The notes under the pieces are model-generated. The model saw nothing but the letters and a program-made list of their open reading frames with translations, did not search any database and was not told where the DNA came from. A stretch of 63,956 nt of DNA, filler included, from Reticulomyxa filosa (taxonomy: Eukaryota; Protista; Foraminifera): the NCBI GenBank assembly GCA_000512085.1. It is 23 parts of 23 records of this genome, joined end to end, with 100 filler letters (N's around TTAATTAATTAA, not from the genome) between each part and the next. Parts side by side here need not be neighbours in the genome. Positions count along the whole stretch, not along the records: positions 1 to 6,102 come from ASPP01008745.1; positions 6,203 to 10,749 come from ASPP01021704.1; positions 10,850 to 14,272 come from ASPP01019023.1; 20 more parts are not named here. One strand, 5' to 3'. Positions 1 to 12,792 of this stretch are shown piece after piece. Both the position numbers and the translations under genes were made by a program. Each line of letters opens with the position of its first letter. Positions within the stretch are counted from its first letter, which is position 1.

Positions 1-810
1 TGTTGGCTCAATGCACAAAAATAATCAACTTGAATATGAAATAATATTATTATAAAAAAAACTTTTTTTGTTGGTTTAATTTTTTTTTTCATTTGCGGAA
101 AACCAAAGGATGTTGTTTTCAAGTTTTTTACCGGTTTTGAAAAACTATTTTTATTGAGCGGATGGTGTAAAAACAATAATATAAAACATTTGACGCCAAA
201 TTTTTTTTTTTTAAGAGGGAACATTTTTCAGTTTACCGAGTGGAACGAATCAAAATTGTTATGTTTTATCAGAAGAAGTATTCAAATTTTTGTTGGTGGT
301 TATATTTGTAATTTAAATACTCTTGTCTTAATTTGTTTTCTTTAGTTAAGCAAAAATAAGAATTTTCAATCTCCTAAAAATAAGTATTTAACAAAAGCGA
401 ATAACTAAACATAATTTTGTCTTAGTGACATCGTTTCTCTCCAGAAGAAATAAAATCCAAATATGCAACTCTAATCACACATAAAAGTTTACTAATAGCG
501 ACATAATTTTTAAATTATTTTTTTTGTTAAATTAGCAATTATCTTTTTTTAAATCACAATTATATTGATTGATCCATAATTATTTCTCATAAAAAGTGCA
601 AGCGCATATTAATAATTGATACAAACAATATTAATGATCGATCCATTTTTTTAAACATTATCATTTTTTTATCCTCAAACAAAAAAAAGTAACTCAATAT
701 TTTTTTCGCAAATCATAATTCGTTGTAATTGGAGCTGAAAAATTTTCTTCCTTTTTCCCCTGCGCTTTTAACGCCTTTAGTAGGGTTCTCTGTTTGATTC
801 CACCAGTTCC

Positions 811-3800
811 ATGGCTTTTTTTACCTTAAATAATTTAGTCGTTTCGAGCTTACTTTTCTTCAGTAGTTTGGCAAACACAGTTACAAATTGTGAGATACAG
901 GATACACAATGGGAAGTCGAATATATTGGAAAAGAAGCAGTGAATGAAATTGTGACATGTTTTCAATATAATATCATTATTAATGGTATTTTTATATTTT
1001 TGAGAAGACTTTTATCGTTTAAAAAAAAGTAGGAAATAAACTGTAATTATTTAAGAGAATATGAAAAACTTTATACTGTAAAAAAAATCGATATGAAAAA
1101 AAATTATATAGTGGATCCAAAAAAAAGATGTGGTAGTGATTTGAAAAGTTATATAATCGAAGCACCGGACAAATGTCAAGAAAGAAAACACCAAATAAAC
1201 TGGAAACAGCATTTAAACTCCTTATCAAGTGGGACAAAATACCACGTCACTGACGATGTCGCCAATGTCATATCAGGCTATGAGATAGTATCAAATTTTC
1301 AGTTGCATGGCTCTCAAGCTCAAAAAATTTGTTTGAACAACGTCACTGACGTGGCTCAAGGCTGCGTCAGATTGAAAAGTGAGCAACATGCCACAAGCAA
1401 ATGCAATTTCCCCATTCCCGATGTGTGTACCTTTACAACTAAGTTAAAGTGATACATTTCAACATGTTCAAAAAAAAAAGGGACATCTTTAGGGAAAAAT
1501 TCGTAGTTTAACTCCAAGTATTATTCATTTTAAAAAACAACAAACATAAAACTGACTGTAAAAAACAGACCAATTTTACCAAAAGCTGAGATTTTTACAG
1601 ACGAGCATAATGAATTGTTTCGAAGACGAAGATTTGTTCAAGCGAGTGCACGGAAACCAAGTGTACCTCCGACAAACACTCCAACAAATGTTCCAACAAA
1701 TAAACCGGTTTATGCAACTACCGATAAACCAAGTCAAATAAATACAAAAAAAACGACTTTAAATCCAACGAAATCACCAGTAAAATGCCCCACTGCAGTA
1801 TCTACTGAAAAACCGACGCAATCAACCACTCGGCAACCAACTACATATCCAACGAATAAACCAACAACCCAAAAACCGACTACCCAGGCACCCTCCAAAA
1901 AATTGACTCAAAAACCAACACAATCACCAACCAACCGACCAACTAATCAACCAACCAATCGGCCAACCAATCAACCAACCAACCGACCAACTAATCGGCC
2001 AACCAATCGGCCAACTAATCAACCCACTCAAAAACCAACAAACAAGCCAACTAATCGCCCAACAAGTAAACCAACGCGACATCCATCCAAATCACCGACT
2101 AACCAACCAACCAATCGACCCACTCAAAAGCCGACAAATGAGCCCACTGACCGTCCGACAAATAAACCTACGACTAATCAACCGACCAACAGACTCACTC
2201 AAAAACCTACGTATATCCAAACTGACTCACCGACCAACATGCCAACGAACAAACCGAGTCACTCCAATCCCAAATACCCGAGTCAAGAGCCGACTGATAG
2301 TCCTACCTATAAATTCACTCGAAGCACCACAAACAAACCCACCAAGTCACCTCCCACGCAAATACCGACAAAAACTCCAACCAACCTTCCTACATATAAG
2401 CCAACTCGACTTCAAACTAACAAGCCTACTGAAGCCTCTTCAACTGCGATTCCAACATATAAGCCCAGCCATTCCGAGATGAAAAATCCAACACATGCTC
2501 CAACAAATGTTTTTACCACAAACAAGCCGACATATATTCAAAGTCCATCGAAACATGCTTCAACTGGATCGCCAACCCAAAATGGACATCCATCTCGAGA
2601 TTACACCGAGAAACCGTCTGGGCATTCCATGGAAGATTATCCATATAGTTCAGCAGAAAGCTCAGAACATGGCCGAGGAGAAGGTACAGAAGGAGATTCC
2701 AAGCAAAGTTCGGAAAGCACAGAAGAAAATCTAACAGAGGACTCAACAGAAAGCTCGGAGGACAATATGGAAGGTGACTCCAAAGAAAGTTCAGAGGGAA
2801 GCGCAAGCGACGGCTCACAAACGAGCTCAGAATACAACCCAACAGAAAATGGCTCCGAGGAAAGTGCAGAAGAGAGTCACTCAACAACTATGGAGCCAAC
2901 TTCATTCCAAACAAAAAAGCCGAGTTGGATAGACAAAGAGGCAGAGCTACCTGCTCATCATGGTACTAACAAACCGACGAACAGAAATCCGAGTCAAATT
3001 CCTACAAGCATTCCAGTTTCGCATCCAAGCTACGAGAAAACAGAGAAGCCAAGCCAACAAAAACAACCGACTCCAGGTTATCCTGGAGTCAAACCCAGTC
3101 ATTGGAAACCAGATACACCTACACGTGTCCCAATCCAAACGACAGAAAAACAGTCCACGGAAAGTCCGTCCTGTGATCTCAACAGCAAAACGACAAAAAG
3201 TCCAACTCCAATTTTTACAAAAAATCCAACTCAAAAGCCGTCTTACAAGCCAACGATCTCTCCTACCGACAATCCAACCAACATGCCGACACAAAAACCA
3301 ACTAAACAACCCACTACAAAACCGACCAACAAACCGACTCCATCTCCTACTAACACTCCAACTAAGAAGCCTACGAAATTTCCAACAAAACAACCGACTG
3401 AAAATCCCACGCAAAATCCGACCAAGATACCGACTCTATTTCCAACATGGAATCCCACCAATCAACCAACGGAAATGCCAACGGAAATGCCAACGGACAT
3501 GCCAACGGACATCCAACGCAATCCAACGCAAATACCAACGGATTATCCGACTCAAATGCCAACGGATCATCCAACTCGAATGCCAACAGATCATCCAACT
3601 CGAATGCCAACTGATGATCCAACACGAATACCATCCAAGTCACCAACACAAAATCCAACCGAACATCCCACGTTCAATCCAACAAATGAACCGACTCCAT
3701 TCCCCACAGATAATCCCACTCGATTACCCACTGACTCACCGACAAACGGTCCAACGAAGCAACCGACACAAAGCCCCACCAAAAATCCTACGAATACGCC

Positions 3801-6102
3801 AACAATCATGCCGACAAGCATTCCAACACAAGCTCCAAGTTTTGAGCCTACAAAGGCACCAACTGATAATCCAACTCCGACTCCAACTCAAATGCCGTCG
3901 AAATCACCGACGGAAAATCCAACGAGAAATCCGACAGAGCAACCGAGCATTTTCCCAACAAACATGCCAAGTCACAATCCGACTGTAACACCAACAATGA
4001 GTCCCAGTAAAACTCCAACAAGTAACCCAACGAATAATCCGACAAATATTCCTACAAAGAATCCAACAAATAGTCCAACTAATAATCCAACGAGAAATCC
4101 AACTAATAACCCAACTAATAATCCGACAAACAATCCTACAAGTAATCCGACAAATAGTCCAACAAATAACCCAACAAACAATCCAACAAATAGTCCAACG
4201 AATAATCCAACGAACAATCCTACAAACAGTCCAACAAATAACCCAACGAATAGCCCTACAAACAATCCAACAAATAATCCAACAAATAGTCCAACGAACA
4301 ACCCTACAAATAACCCAACAAACAATCCAACAAATAACCCTACAAATAATCCAACAAACAGTCCAACGTCAAACCCTACCAAAGAACCGACCAATTCCCC
4401 TTCGAATGAGCCCACTCCAAATCCAACAAGTAATCCCACTCTATCTCCAAGTGAGACTCCAACAAGCAATCCGACCAAAATACCGACATTATTTCCGACG
4501 TGGAATCCCACGAAAAATCCTACAGATACACCGACAGCCACTCCAACCGACGTTCCAACTCAAATGCCGACGTTGACGCCCACCAATTTACCTTCGAAAC
4601 AACCCACGATAAGTCCAAGCGACAATCCTACGAATTTTCCAACCGCAAACCCAACGAACATGCCGACTCCAAATCCGACTCAGCTTCCCACCAAAGTGCC
4701 AACCTTTAATCCAACCGCTTCACCTTCTAACGAGCCCACTCCAAATCCAACTGAAAACCCCACTCAAACGCCGACAAAGTTTCCAACTGACATACCGACA
4801 CAAAATCCCACTCTTTCGCCTTCCAACTCTCCAACTTCGTTTCCTACAAAGAATCCAACAGTATCGCCCACTAACAATCCGACCAAAAGACCGACTTTGT
4901 TTCCAACTTGGAGTCCCTCCAAAAATCCAACCGAAACACCTACTGACGTTCCTACCCAAACTCCAACATTGACACCAACAAACTTGCCTTCCAGACAGCC
5001 AACAACGAGTCCAAGCAACAATCCAACAAAGCTACCGACCGAGTTTCCAACTCAACAGCCGACTGATTCTCCGACAGATAGCCCAACGAATATGCCATCA
5101 AAGTCACCCACTCCAAATCCAACAGAAAATCCTACACAAATACCGACGCAATCTCCGACATATAACCCCACTGATATGCCCACCAAAAATCCCACTCCAA
5201 ATCCGACCAACGAACCGACTCTACCCCCCTCTGAGGCTCCGACACAGCTACCCACTGAACTTCCGACGCAACAACCAACCGAAACACCAACAAAAAATCC
5301 AACCAAGAATCCAACTCTATTTCCAACATGGAGTCCCACCAAAAATCCTACGGATACACCAACAGTAATGCCAACGGAAAATCCAACAAAGTCGCCGAGC
5401 TTTCAACCTACGCAAATGCCAACGGACAATCCGACTTCAACTCCAACCCAAACTCCGTCAAAATCACCAACTCAAAGTCCAACCGAAACTCCGACTCACT
5501 TTCCAACGAAAAACCCAACAAACACGCCCACTGAGAACCCAACGCAACTTCCCACCAAGTTTCCAACTGCTTTTCCAACAAACAATCCAACGAAGAGACC
5601 GACTCTATTTCCAACTCGGAGTCCCACCGAAAATCCAACCGAAATGCCATCCAAATCGCCAACGCAAAATCCAACGAATATGCCTACAGAAACCCCACTA
5701 TAGAGCCAACTTTATCTCCTACTGATAGTCCAACCCATATACCTACGGAATTTCCAACAAAACAGCCGACTGAAAATCCCACTAAAAATCCAACCAAAAC
5801 ACCAACGTGGAGTCCCACTAAAAATCCCACCAATCAACCAACGGAAATGCCAACGGATCATCCGACTCAAATGCCAACAGATAATCCAACACGAATGCCA
5901 ACAGATCATCCAACTCAAATACCGACTGATCATCCAACCCGAATGCCAACTAATCATCCGACTCGAATGCCGTCAAAATCACCAAGTGAGAATCCAACTC
6001 GTAATCCTACGCGTTTACCAACACGTCATCCAAGTAAAAACCCGTCAAGATCTCCAACTAAAAACCCGTCAAGATCTCCAACTAAAAACCCGACGAGAAT
6101 AC
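811..6102 (+). CDS. Secreted Pro/Thr (xPTxx) repeat mucin-like protein with an N-terminal Cys-containing domain; 3' partial
   Basis: Phase-consistent exons 811-985, 1112-1442 and 1569 onward, with GT-AG introns. Signal-peptide-like start MAFFTLNNLVVSSLLFFSSLA. More than 1300 aa of PTxx repeats. The stop at 5701-5703 follows a 1-nt loss near 5690, and the repeats continue in another frame to the contig end. Confidence 0.85.
4010..4380 (+). repeat. 12-bp coding tandem repeat (NPTN/SPTN)
   Basis: About 30 near-perfect AAY-CCN-ACN-AAY units inside the PT-repeat gene. Confidence 0.9.
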
Positions 6103-6202
6103 NNNNNNNNNNNNNNNNNNNNNNNNNNNNNNNNNNNNNNNNNNNNTTAATTAATTAANNNNNNNNNNNNNNNNNNNNNNNNNNNNNNNNNNNNNNNNNN
6201 NN
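6103..6202. other. Artificial contig linker (44 N + TTAATTAATTAA + 44 N), first of 22
   Basis: Identical 100-bp linkers start at 6103, 10750, 14273, 16026, 22371, 23906, 25909, 27518, 28618, 30093, 31718, 33027, 37183, 40078, 41225, 42831, 44814, 49371, 50896, 52040, 56761 and 58296. The core gives stops in all six frames. Confidence 0.99.
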
Positions 6203-6659
6203 CTGAAACGGAAGGACGTTCAATGAGAAATAAAGCCATTTTAAGGAAAATTAGAAAAAGTTTATGGCAAATGAATGTATTTGTGAAATTATTCAAAGTT
6301 GATTGAAAATGCAATTTGTTTTGTTTTGTGTATCATCATATCTTAATACAGAAAAAGTTTGTCTTTTTCAATCAAAAAAAAATTATTTCACTTAAAAAGA
6401 TTAGATATAATAAATAAATAAATTTTTAAAAAATATAATCTCCAAACAAGAACAAGTGTGTTCGGAGCTTTCAGTTATGCAAAGATGCTCACTTACATTT
6501 CTCAATCTTTTATATAATCAAATTTATATCGGCCTATATTTTGTATTTCATTTTATTGATTGAGTGAGAAAGGGATTATTATTTTAAAAAATTGATTTGT
6601 TTCATCTTGACTTGTAGACAATTAATCAAGATTTGAAACTCCTTCAAAAAAATATAACT

Positions 6660-7217
6660 TTACAATTCCAATCTCTTGCAAATACGCTTGTGCAATTTGA
6701 TGTTGTTCCTTAATAAATCTATTCAGGCTGAGACTGTCCTCTGACATGTTCGTCTAGACTTTTCAACAAGAGTTTAAAAACTCGACGATCGACATGTCTT
6801 TCCAAATATCATTATCCAAGCGACCAATTTTAATGATTGTCATGAATTTGATGAAATAATGGTCCATGCATTTGGAAATCGAAACTCCATTTCATCGACC
6901 TTTTTGACAACACATTCCAAGTTGTAATGGCATTCATCAATGACCAATTCGGACAAATGAGTGAATTCCTCCTTGGAAAGGTACTTCAACTGGTCGTAGT
7001 CGATAATCACGAGACGTCCATTGAACATGAGCAAGATGTTATCGGGGTTAGTGTCTCCATTGAACTTCTCGTTTTTGAAGGTTTGACACTTGTGCACCAA
7101 AATTGTCTTTAGAAAACGCACTTGATTTTGCATCACTGGTGCATCATACGGTAGATATGGCACTGACGCTGACAGGCTGTCGGGCCACATTAGCGGGATA
7201 CACAGTAGAGTAAGCAT
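6660..7217 (-). pseudogene. Kinase-fold relic
   Basis: NGDTNPDNILL...LVIIDYD resembles the catalytic loop (HxDxxPxN) and DFG strand. No N-lobe, and the downstream frame is broken. Confidence 0.35.
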
Positions 7218-10200
7218 GAAATTGAGTAAAATGTTAGTGTGTTGTACAAATCTATCAGCTTCTTTAATGTGTAAGATAGAAGAAAGTTATCATACAACAA
7301 ACATGAAGGGTGAGAAAAAAATTCTGCTCAAAACCAAAAAAAGTTGACGAAAATTTTTTTGAAAAAGTGTTGTTCATTTACTTATTTTTTGAACATATCA
7401 CACTTTATACATAAATTGTAATTTTTGTACAATTTGAACAAGTGCAAACTTTTATTTTCACTGTAATAATAGCAAAAATTTATGTTATGAAAGAGGATAT
7501 GGTAAATGATAGTTTATTGATATTAAACACAAATTCAAAAAAATCATTACGTGACTTCTTACTTTATGTCATTTTATATAACAAATTGATATGTCAACAC
7601 AATTAATAATGCATTTGTCATAATGTTGTTTTAAAGTCATTGGATAAATTTGACTCTTTCATCAAATGTTTACAATATGACAAGAAAAAAAAGAAACAGT
7701 TTTGAAATTGCCAATAATACAGACGATTCTACAAGTACAAACATTACCAAACAAGCAGTTATGTAGGATTGTACTTACAAATGATAAAAGGCACAAGCAA
7801 CATCAGAATTCATTGCCATCATTGTAAAGGTATACGTCATTTGTTTATTTTTCGTCTGGAGAGTGGAAGAGAAGGCCAAACAAATAAATTCCACAAACTG
7901 CCCGAAGGCCTTTCCCACAATGAAAAGAAGTTACTTTTTGATCAAATTTTTTTGAAAAGTCAAACCTCTTGTCTCTGTTTGATGAGAGAATTGATGAAAA
8001 ATAATTCTCTTTATCTGTTTGAAAAAATTGATCGCTTTGACAAACAAAAATAACAAACATTTTTGAGAGATTCTCATTTATCAAGATTTATTGCTACATT
8101 TCCACTGTAACAAAACAATAATTCTAAACCACATTTTTAAAAAAAAACAACAATATTATTACAATTTCTCTCTGAAATGCATTGCAAATAGATATCGATT
8201 ACGCCGTGTAACAATTTAATTGTTGCACCACTTCAATCAGCTGTTTTCCTTCTTTTTGAGATAATGATTGTCCAATTATACATAAGGATGAACACAAATA
8301 TCATACAAAGAAATTTATTATTTGCTGACGTCCAAATACTTTATTTCAAAAATGGCAACGACATCATCAAATAACAAATAAGTTTTTGCGAAGATAGACA
8401 AAGTAATCCTTTATGACGTATATTCTTTTATCATTATCATTTGTTATATTTTTGCACTGTTGTAATTAGGATTGATAATTCATTTAAAACTTATCGTGGT
8501 TTATCCAAAAAGACAGACTTATTCATTTTCGGAGCTTCAGTATACTTTTGATGATTTAACTTTGTATGATTATACAAAACAAAAACACTTGGAAGAAAAG
8601 AGAAAAGGAAAACCAAAAACCAATGGCAAATTATTGTGGATGCGTTTGAGATATATTCAATACTTTGCATAGAATTTATTCAAGTTCATTGAATAATTCA
8701 CAATCCAATTACAAAAGGAAGAATACGTATTTGCCGATAAAGAGTTTGACATTGTCAAAACTGTGAGATTTGATATTCGAATAAGGCAAATGAAATCATT
8801 CATATAGCCAATTTCAGAATCTTGTTAAACATTATCATTGCATATAATTCTTTAGAATTTATTGAATTAAAAATATATTCAACTCTTAAAAAATGTGTAT
8901 TGAATGTGCTGATTTCTGAACATATACATTTAAATAAATAGATTAATGAGTCCATAACATTTATATTACATACGAATAATTCAATCGAAGAAATGAAATA
9001 AAATAAGTTTATTTTGAATGAATATTATATTTTTAATTTGAAAAGGTATTTACGTTAAATAATGTCATAATTGACAACATAAATTAAATTTTGCTTTAAT
9101 TGGTAAATCAATTAAGATTATCATATTCAATTTGATGTTAAATATTTAATAGACTTTATTCGTTCGAAAATAAGTACATTAATGACACTTTTTTTACAAA
9201 AATATTATCATTATACTTAATAAAGATTTTTGCACAATTTAAATATTGAGAAATTTTAAGCACCACAATAAAATAAGCCGAAAATGTGCTTAACAGCATA
9301 AAATTGTTGTTAATGACAATAATTTTGCTCCCTTTAAATTAGATACTAAGAGAGTTTATTTGCTTTCTTTCATGCAAATTGATTTTTCTGATACAAAAGC
9401 TCAAATTTCAAATAAAAAAAAAAAATCAAAATAAATTACAATATCTGCAAACTAAGTTTTGTTTTATTTGATATTTTTTTGATAGCTATTTGATATTTGA
9501 TTGCAAGACACAATGCGTTATCTATTGTCCGCGGAATTATCCGAGAAACGAACTTGTTCATTTTCGGATTTTAAATGAAAACATCTTTTGAGTCCATCAG
9601 AAGGATGTGCGCATTACAAAAAGTCGAAGACTTTTGAAGTATTTTCGTTTAGCTTTAATAACAAAATAACGGAAAGCTATACTATAATATCGTGTTTGCA
9701 GAAAAACGCTGACATGCGAAAGAATATACGTTATAAAGGATTTTTTTCTACATAAACATTATCTCAAAAAAGAGGAACACAGTTGATTGGAACGGTGCAC
9801 AAATGTCATCAACGTATATTCGTGTCGTTTGTTGGATTTATTTCAGAGACAAAGCTGTAATGTGATTTAGAATTAATAAAATTTTGATAAGTGTAAGAAT
9901 TTCTCAACTACACAATATTGCAAAACCGACATTAAATAAATAAAAATAATCAAATTAACATTTCATTTGAAAAATTTTTGTAATGAAAGCAAACACAAAA
10001 CACAAAAACGTTACAGTAGTTCTTTGTTTAAAATGTTTATTTCATCTACTTGTTTTGCATCAACTCTCAAAAAAATCAATCAAAAAGTATCTTTTGTTGT
10101 GTTTATTCATAATTTTACTTTTCGTCATGGTAAAGATTTTTGGCAATCTGTGTTCGTTGCCTTTCCTACTTGGAGTTCATTTGTTTGTCCTTCATTCGAA

Positions 10201-10992
10201 GAGTGGAAGAGCAGACAAAATAATTTATTTATACATTTATGATACTTGAAAAGTTATACAAACAAGTTTACTGAGCTGATTGTCAATTGATTCTGACGTC
10301 ACTTGTTTTTCTGCATTCATTTTTGTAATTCAATCTCAATGATCATTGCTTGTGATATTTGTGATGTTTGTACTTATTACTTTGCCGATATTCAAATAAA
10401 TCAAATGAAATCATTTTATAACAACTTCAAATCTTTTTTAATATTATTTTTGCATAGAATTAGTCGACTTAAAGACATACGAAACTCTTTAAAAATGTGT
10501 CTTAAATGTGCTTATTTCTGAACGTAGGCTTATTTATTTACAATAATAATATATATTTATCTGAATGGATGGATGCTATTTTTATTTGTGAGCTGAAAAA
10601 GAAACGTGAATTATTAAAATAAGCAATATTCACAAAAATTGGCTGGAATGAATATGTTAATGAAATGACTTGTCTTCTTTGTTATTTACATGAACAATGT
10701 TCAAATTTCGTAATAAGCATCAGATCTTTGTTGCAAAAGACAATTCTGTNNNNNNNNNNNNNNNNNNNNNNNNNNNNNNNNNNNNNNNNNNNNTTAATTA
10801 ATTAANNNNNNNNNNNNNNNNNNNNNNNNNNNNNNNNNNNNNNNNNNNNAGAATCTTTTGAGTAATCCAAAAGAGTGACTAAATAGACTAATTTTGTATT
10901 ATTCAAACGCGCTCCCTACATATTCTCACGTTTTGTTACTGTTTGGTTTACTCCTTGATGAAATCAGAAGAAGAGGGAAAGCAGATAGTGAC

Positions 10993-12468
10993 TCAATTTT
11001 TTTTTGCATGTTTGCCGCGATAAGTTCGCAACATGACAAAAGAAAACAGTGCATAGGCTACAAAGCCCAATATCCATAATTTTACATTGTAAACAGGAGG
11101 GGTTGGAAACGTAGGAGCGACTTTGACAATTAAGGCCAGCTCCAAAACAACAATTAAGATGAGTATCCAGAGTTGTGATCCAATTTTTGTTGCACTCCTG
11201 GTAGGTGATGAACAAATAGTACTGATGCATGGACGCCAAAACCACCAAGGTTAACAATATCAACCGATATAAATTAATCGAATGTTCTGTTGGAATCCAT
11301 AGCCACAGCTTTAACAAAAATGCATTCATATCCACCAACGCCCCAAGCAGAATCACCAAATGCATGTGGAACCATCGCTTTATACTAGAACGTGGTTCCC
11401 ATTGGATTGGATCCAATTTGAACTGTGTTTATTTGTTGAGATACACTAATAAGTTCAATTAACTTAACAAAAAAAAAAAAAAAAATTCTACATATATAAT
11501 GACAAAAAAAAAAAAAACAATATGTTTGAAAAAAAAGCCATTACAACGTATCATACCGGTGTAAATTGCAAAGCAAAGCGTTTAAATTTCCCTGCAATTG
11601 TTTTGTAGTGGAACACCGAATGGAATTCATACTCTTGCATTTCAAGATAGCGAATCAAGTACAGCCCTAACTCTATTCCACCACCGTTACAGATTAGCAC
11701 ATCCAATATCCATTGGTCCCACCAACACTCGGCAAAGTTTGGAATAAAGTATTTAGTTGACAATTCTACAATTTCCCACAGTATTGAACTGATCCACAAT
11801 ACGCTTCGATCTGTGCTTGTGTAATTCAATATGTTTGTGTATAGAGCCTTTTTTTTTGTCGAGTAAAAAAAAAAATTTTGGGACAAAGGGGGGGGGGGGA
11901 CACTTTTTTTTTTTTTTTTTTTGAAGACCCAACTTCTTATTATTAAAGCTTTCACAAGCCATCCCAGAAAATGAGCAAACACAAATCTGTCCATTACACC
12001 AACAATTGCGTTCCATGACAATTCACAATCTGTGGCATAACTCCTTTCTGGCAGTTTCACACCCAGTTGTGGATCCAACCATTTTAGGCTTTCTCGTGCA
12101 CCCATTGGAGTTTGAAACAATAAAAATACCAGTACCAAACAGTAGATCACCGATACACCAAAAACCAAACGCCAGAATATCGGATGAGGGCGAATGTAAG
12201 GGCCACACGGAAATGTCAACGACCCAATCGCCAAAAATACAAAAATACACATGTACAAACCTCTCCTTTCATCTGTTGATTCCTGCGCAAAGGCGAAAAA
12301 TAATATCATTGCTATCACGAAACACAACAAGGTTACACTGTGTGTTTCGTATAGCCATGGCACTTCTACGTCGACCACAGGAGCATTATCATGAAAATTT
12401 GGAGACCTGCGTTGATGTGTGGCAGGTAATACTTCTTTGTCGGATCCATTGGGTTTTTTTCTGCTCAT
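10993..12468 (-). CDS. PTDSS: Phosphatidylserine synthase, base-exchange type (PTDSS1/2 family)
   Basis: Motifs GPYIRPHPIFWR, DRFVFAHFLGW, PNFAECWWDQWILDVLICNGGG and DMNAFLLKLWLWIP. Exons 12468-11934, 11810-11557 and 11422-10993. One extra base in a homopolymer near 11185; removing it restores KIGSQLWILILIVVLE. Confidence 0.93.
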
Positions 12469-12792
12469 TTTTTTTTTGTTTTACTTTTTACCAGGCTGCA
12501 ATTTGTGTTCACAAACGAACACACTTTTTTGATTGATTATCAGTGCCAATACTGCAGTTTACACAATATTTTTAAAATCTATTAAAAAATAAAATAACAA
12601 GAACATTTAATGTAATTGCATTATTTTACAAGTAGAGATTATTTTGTAAAAACACATGTTTGACTTTGATAATTTGTTCTGTGTTTGCTGTTTTGTAGCC
12701 ACTTGGCGTTTTTTATTGGACACTGTTTACTTGTTCAAGTTAAAAAAAGAGGGGAGGAAAACTTTTTTGTGTCTAACGAATCAGCACACAAA

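Noticed and set aside
5685-5703. Programmed frameshifting or pseudogenisation in the PT gene, PTDSS, IDE, caspase fusion, RelA-like gene and dppA
   Set aside because: Nearly all are single-base indels in homopolymers, they hit housekeeping genes, and they also occur in the bacterial contig. Sequencing error is the simplest explanation.
2513-5957. Many antisense and alternate-frame ORFs (VGLF repeats)
   Set aside because: They are shadows of the stop-poor PT repeat.
6147-6158. TTAATTAATTAA recurring 22 times as a biological repeat, and ORFs ending in X...LIN
   Set aside because: It is always centred in 88 Ns. This is an artificial six-frame-stop linker.
7300-10749. Short ORFs in AT-rich DNA (also 20000-22370, 50996-52039, 55470-56760, 63280-63956)
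   Set aside because: No recognisable motifs. Some look like decayed exons, but I cannot assign them.
11811-11933. Poly-Lys/poly-Pro insertion in PTDSS
   Set aside because: It is a 123-nt stop-free GT-AG intron read through by the ORF caller.
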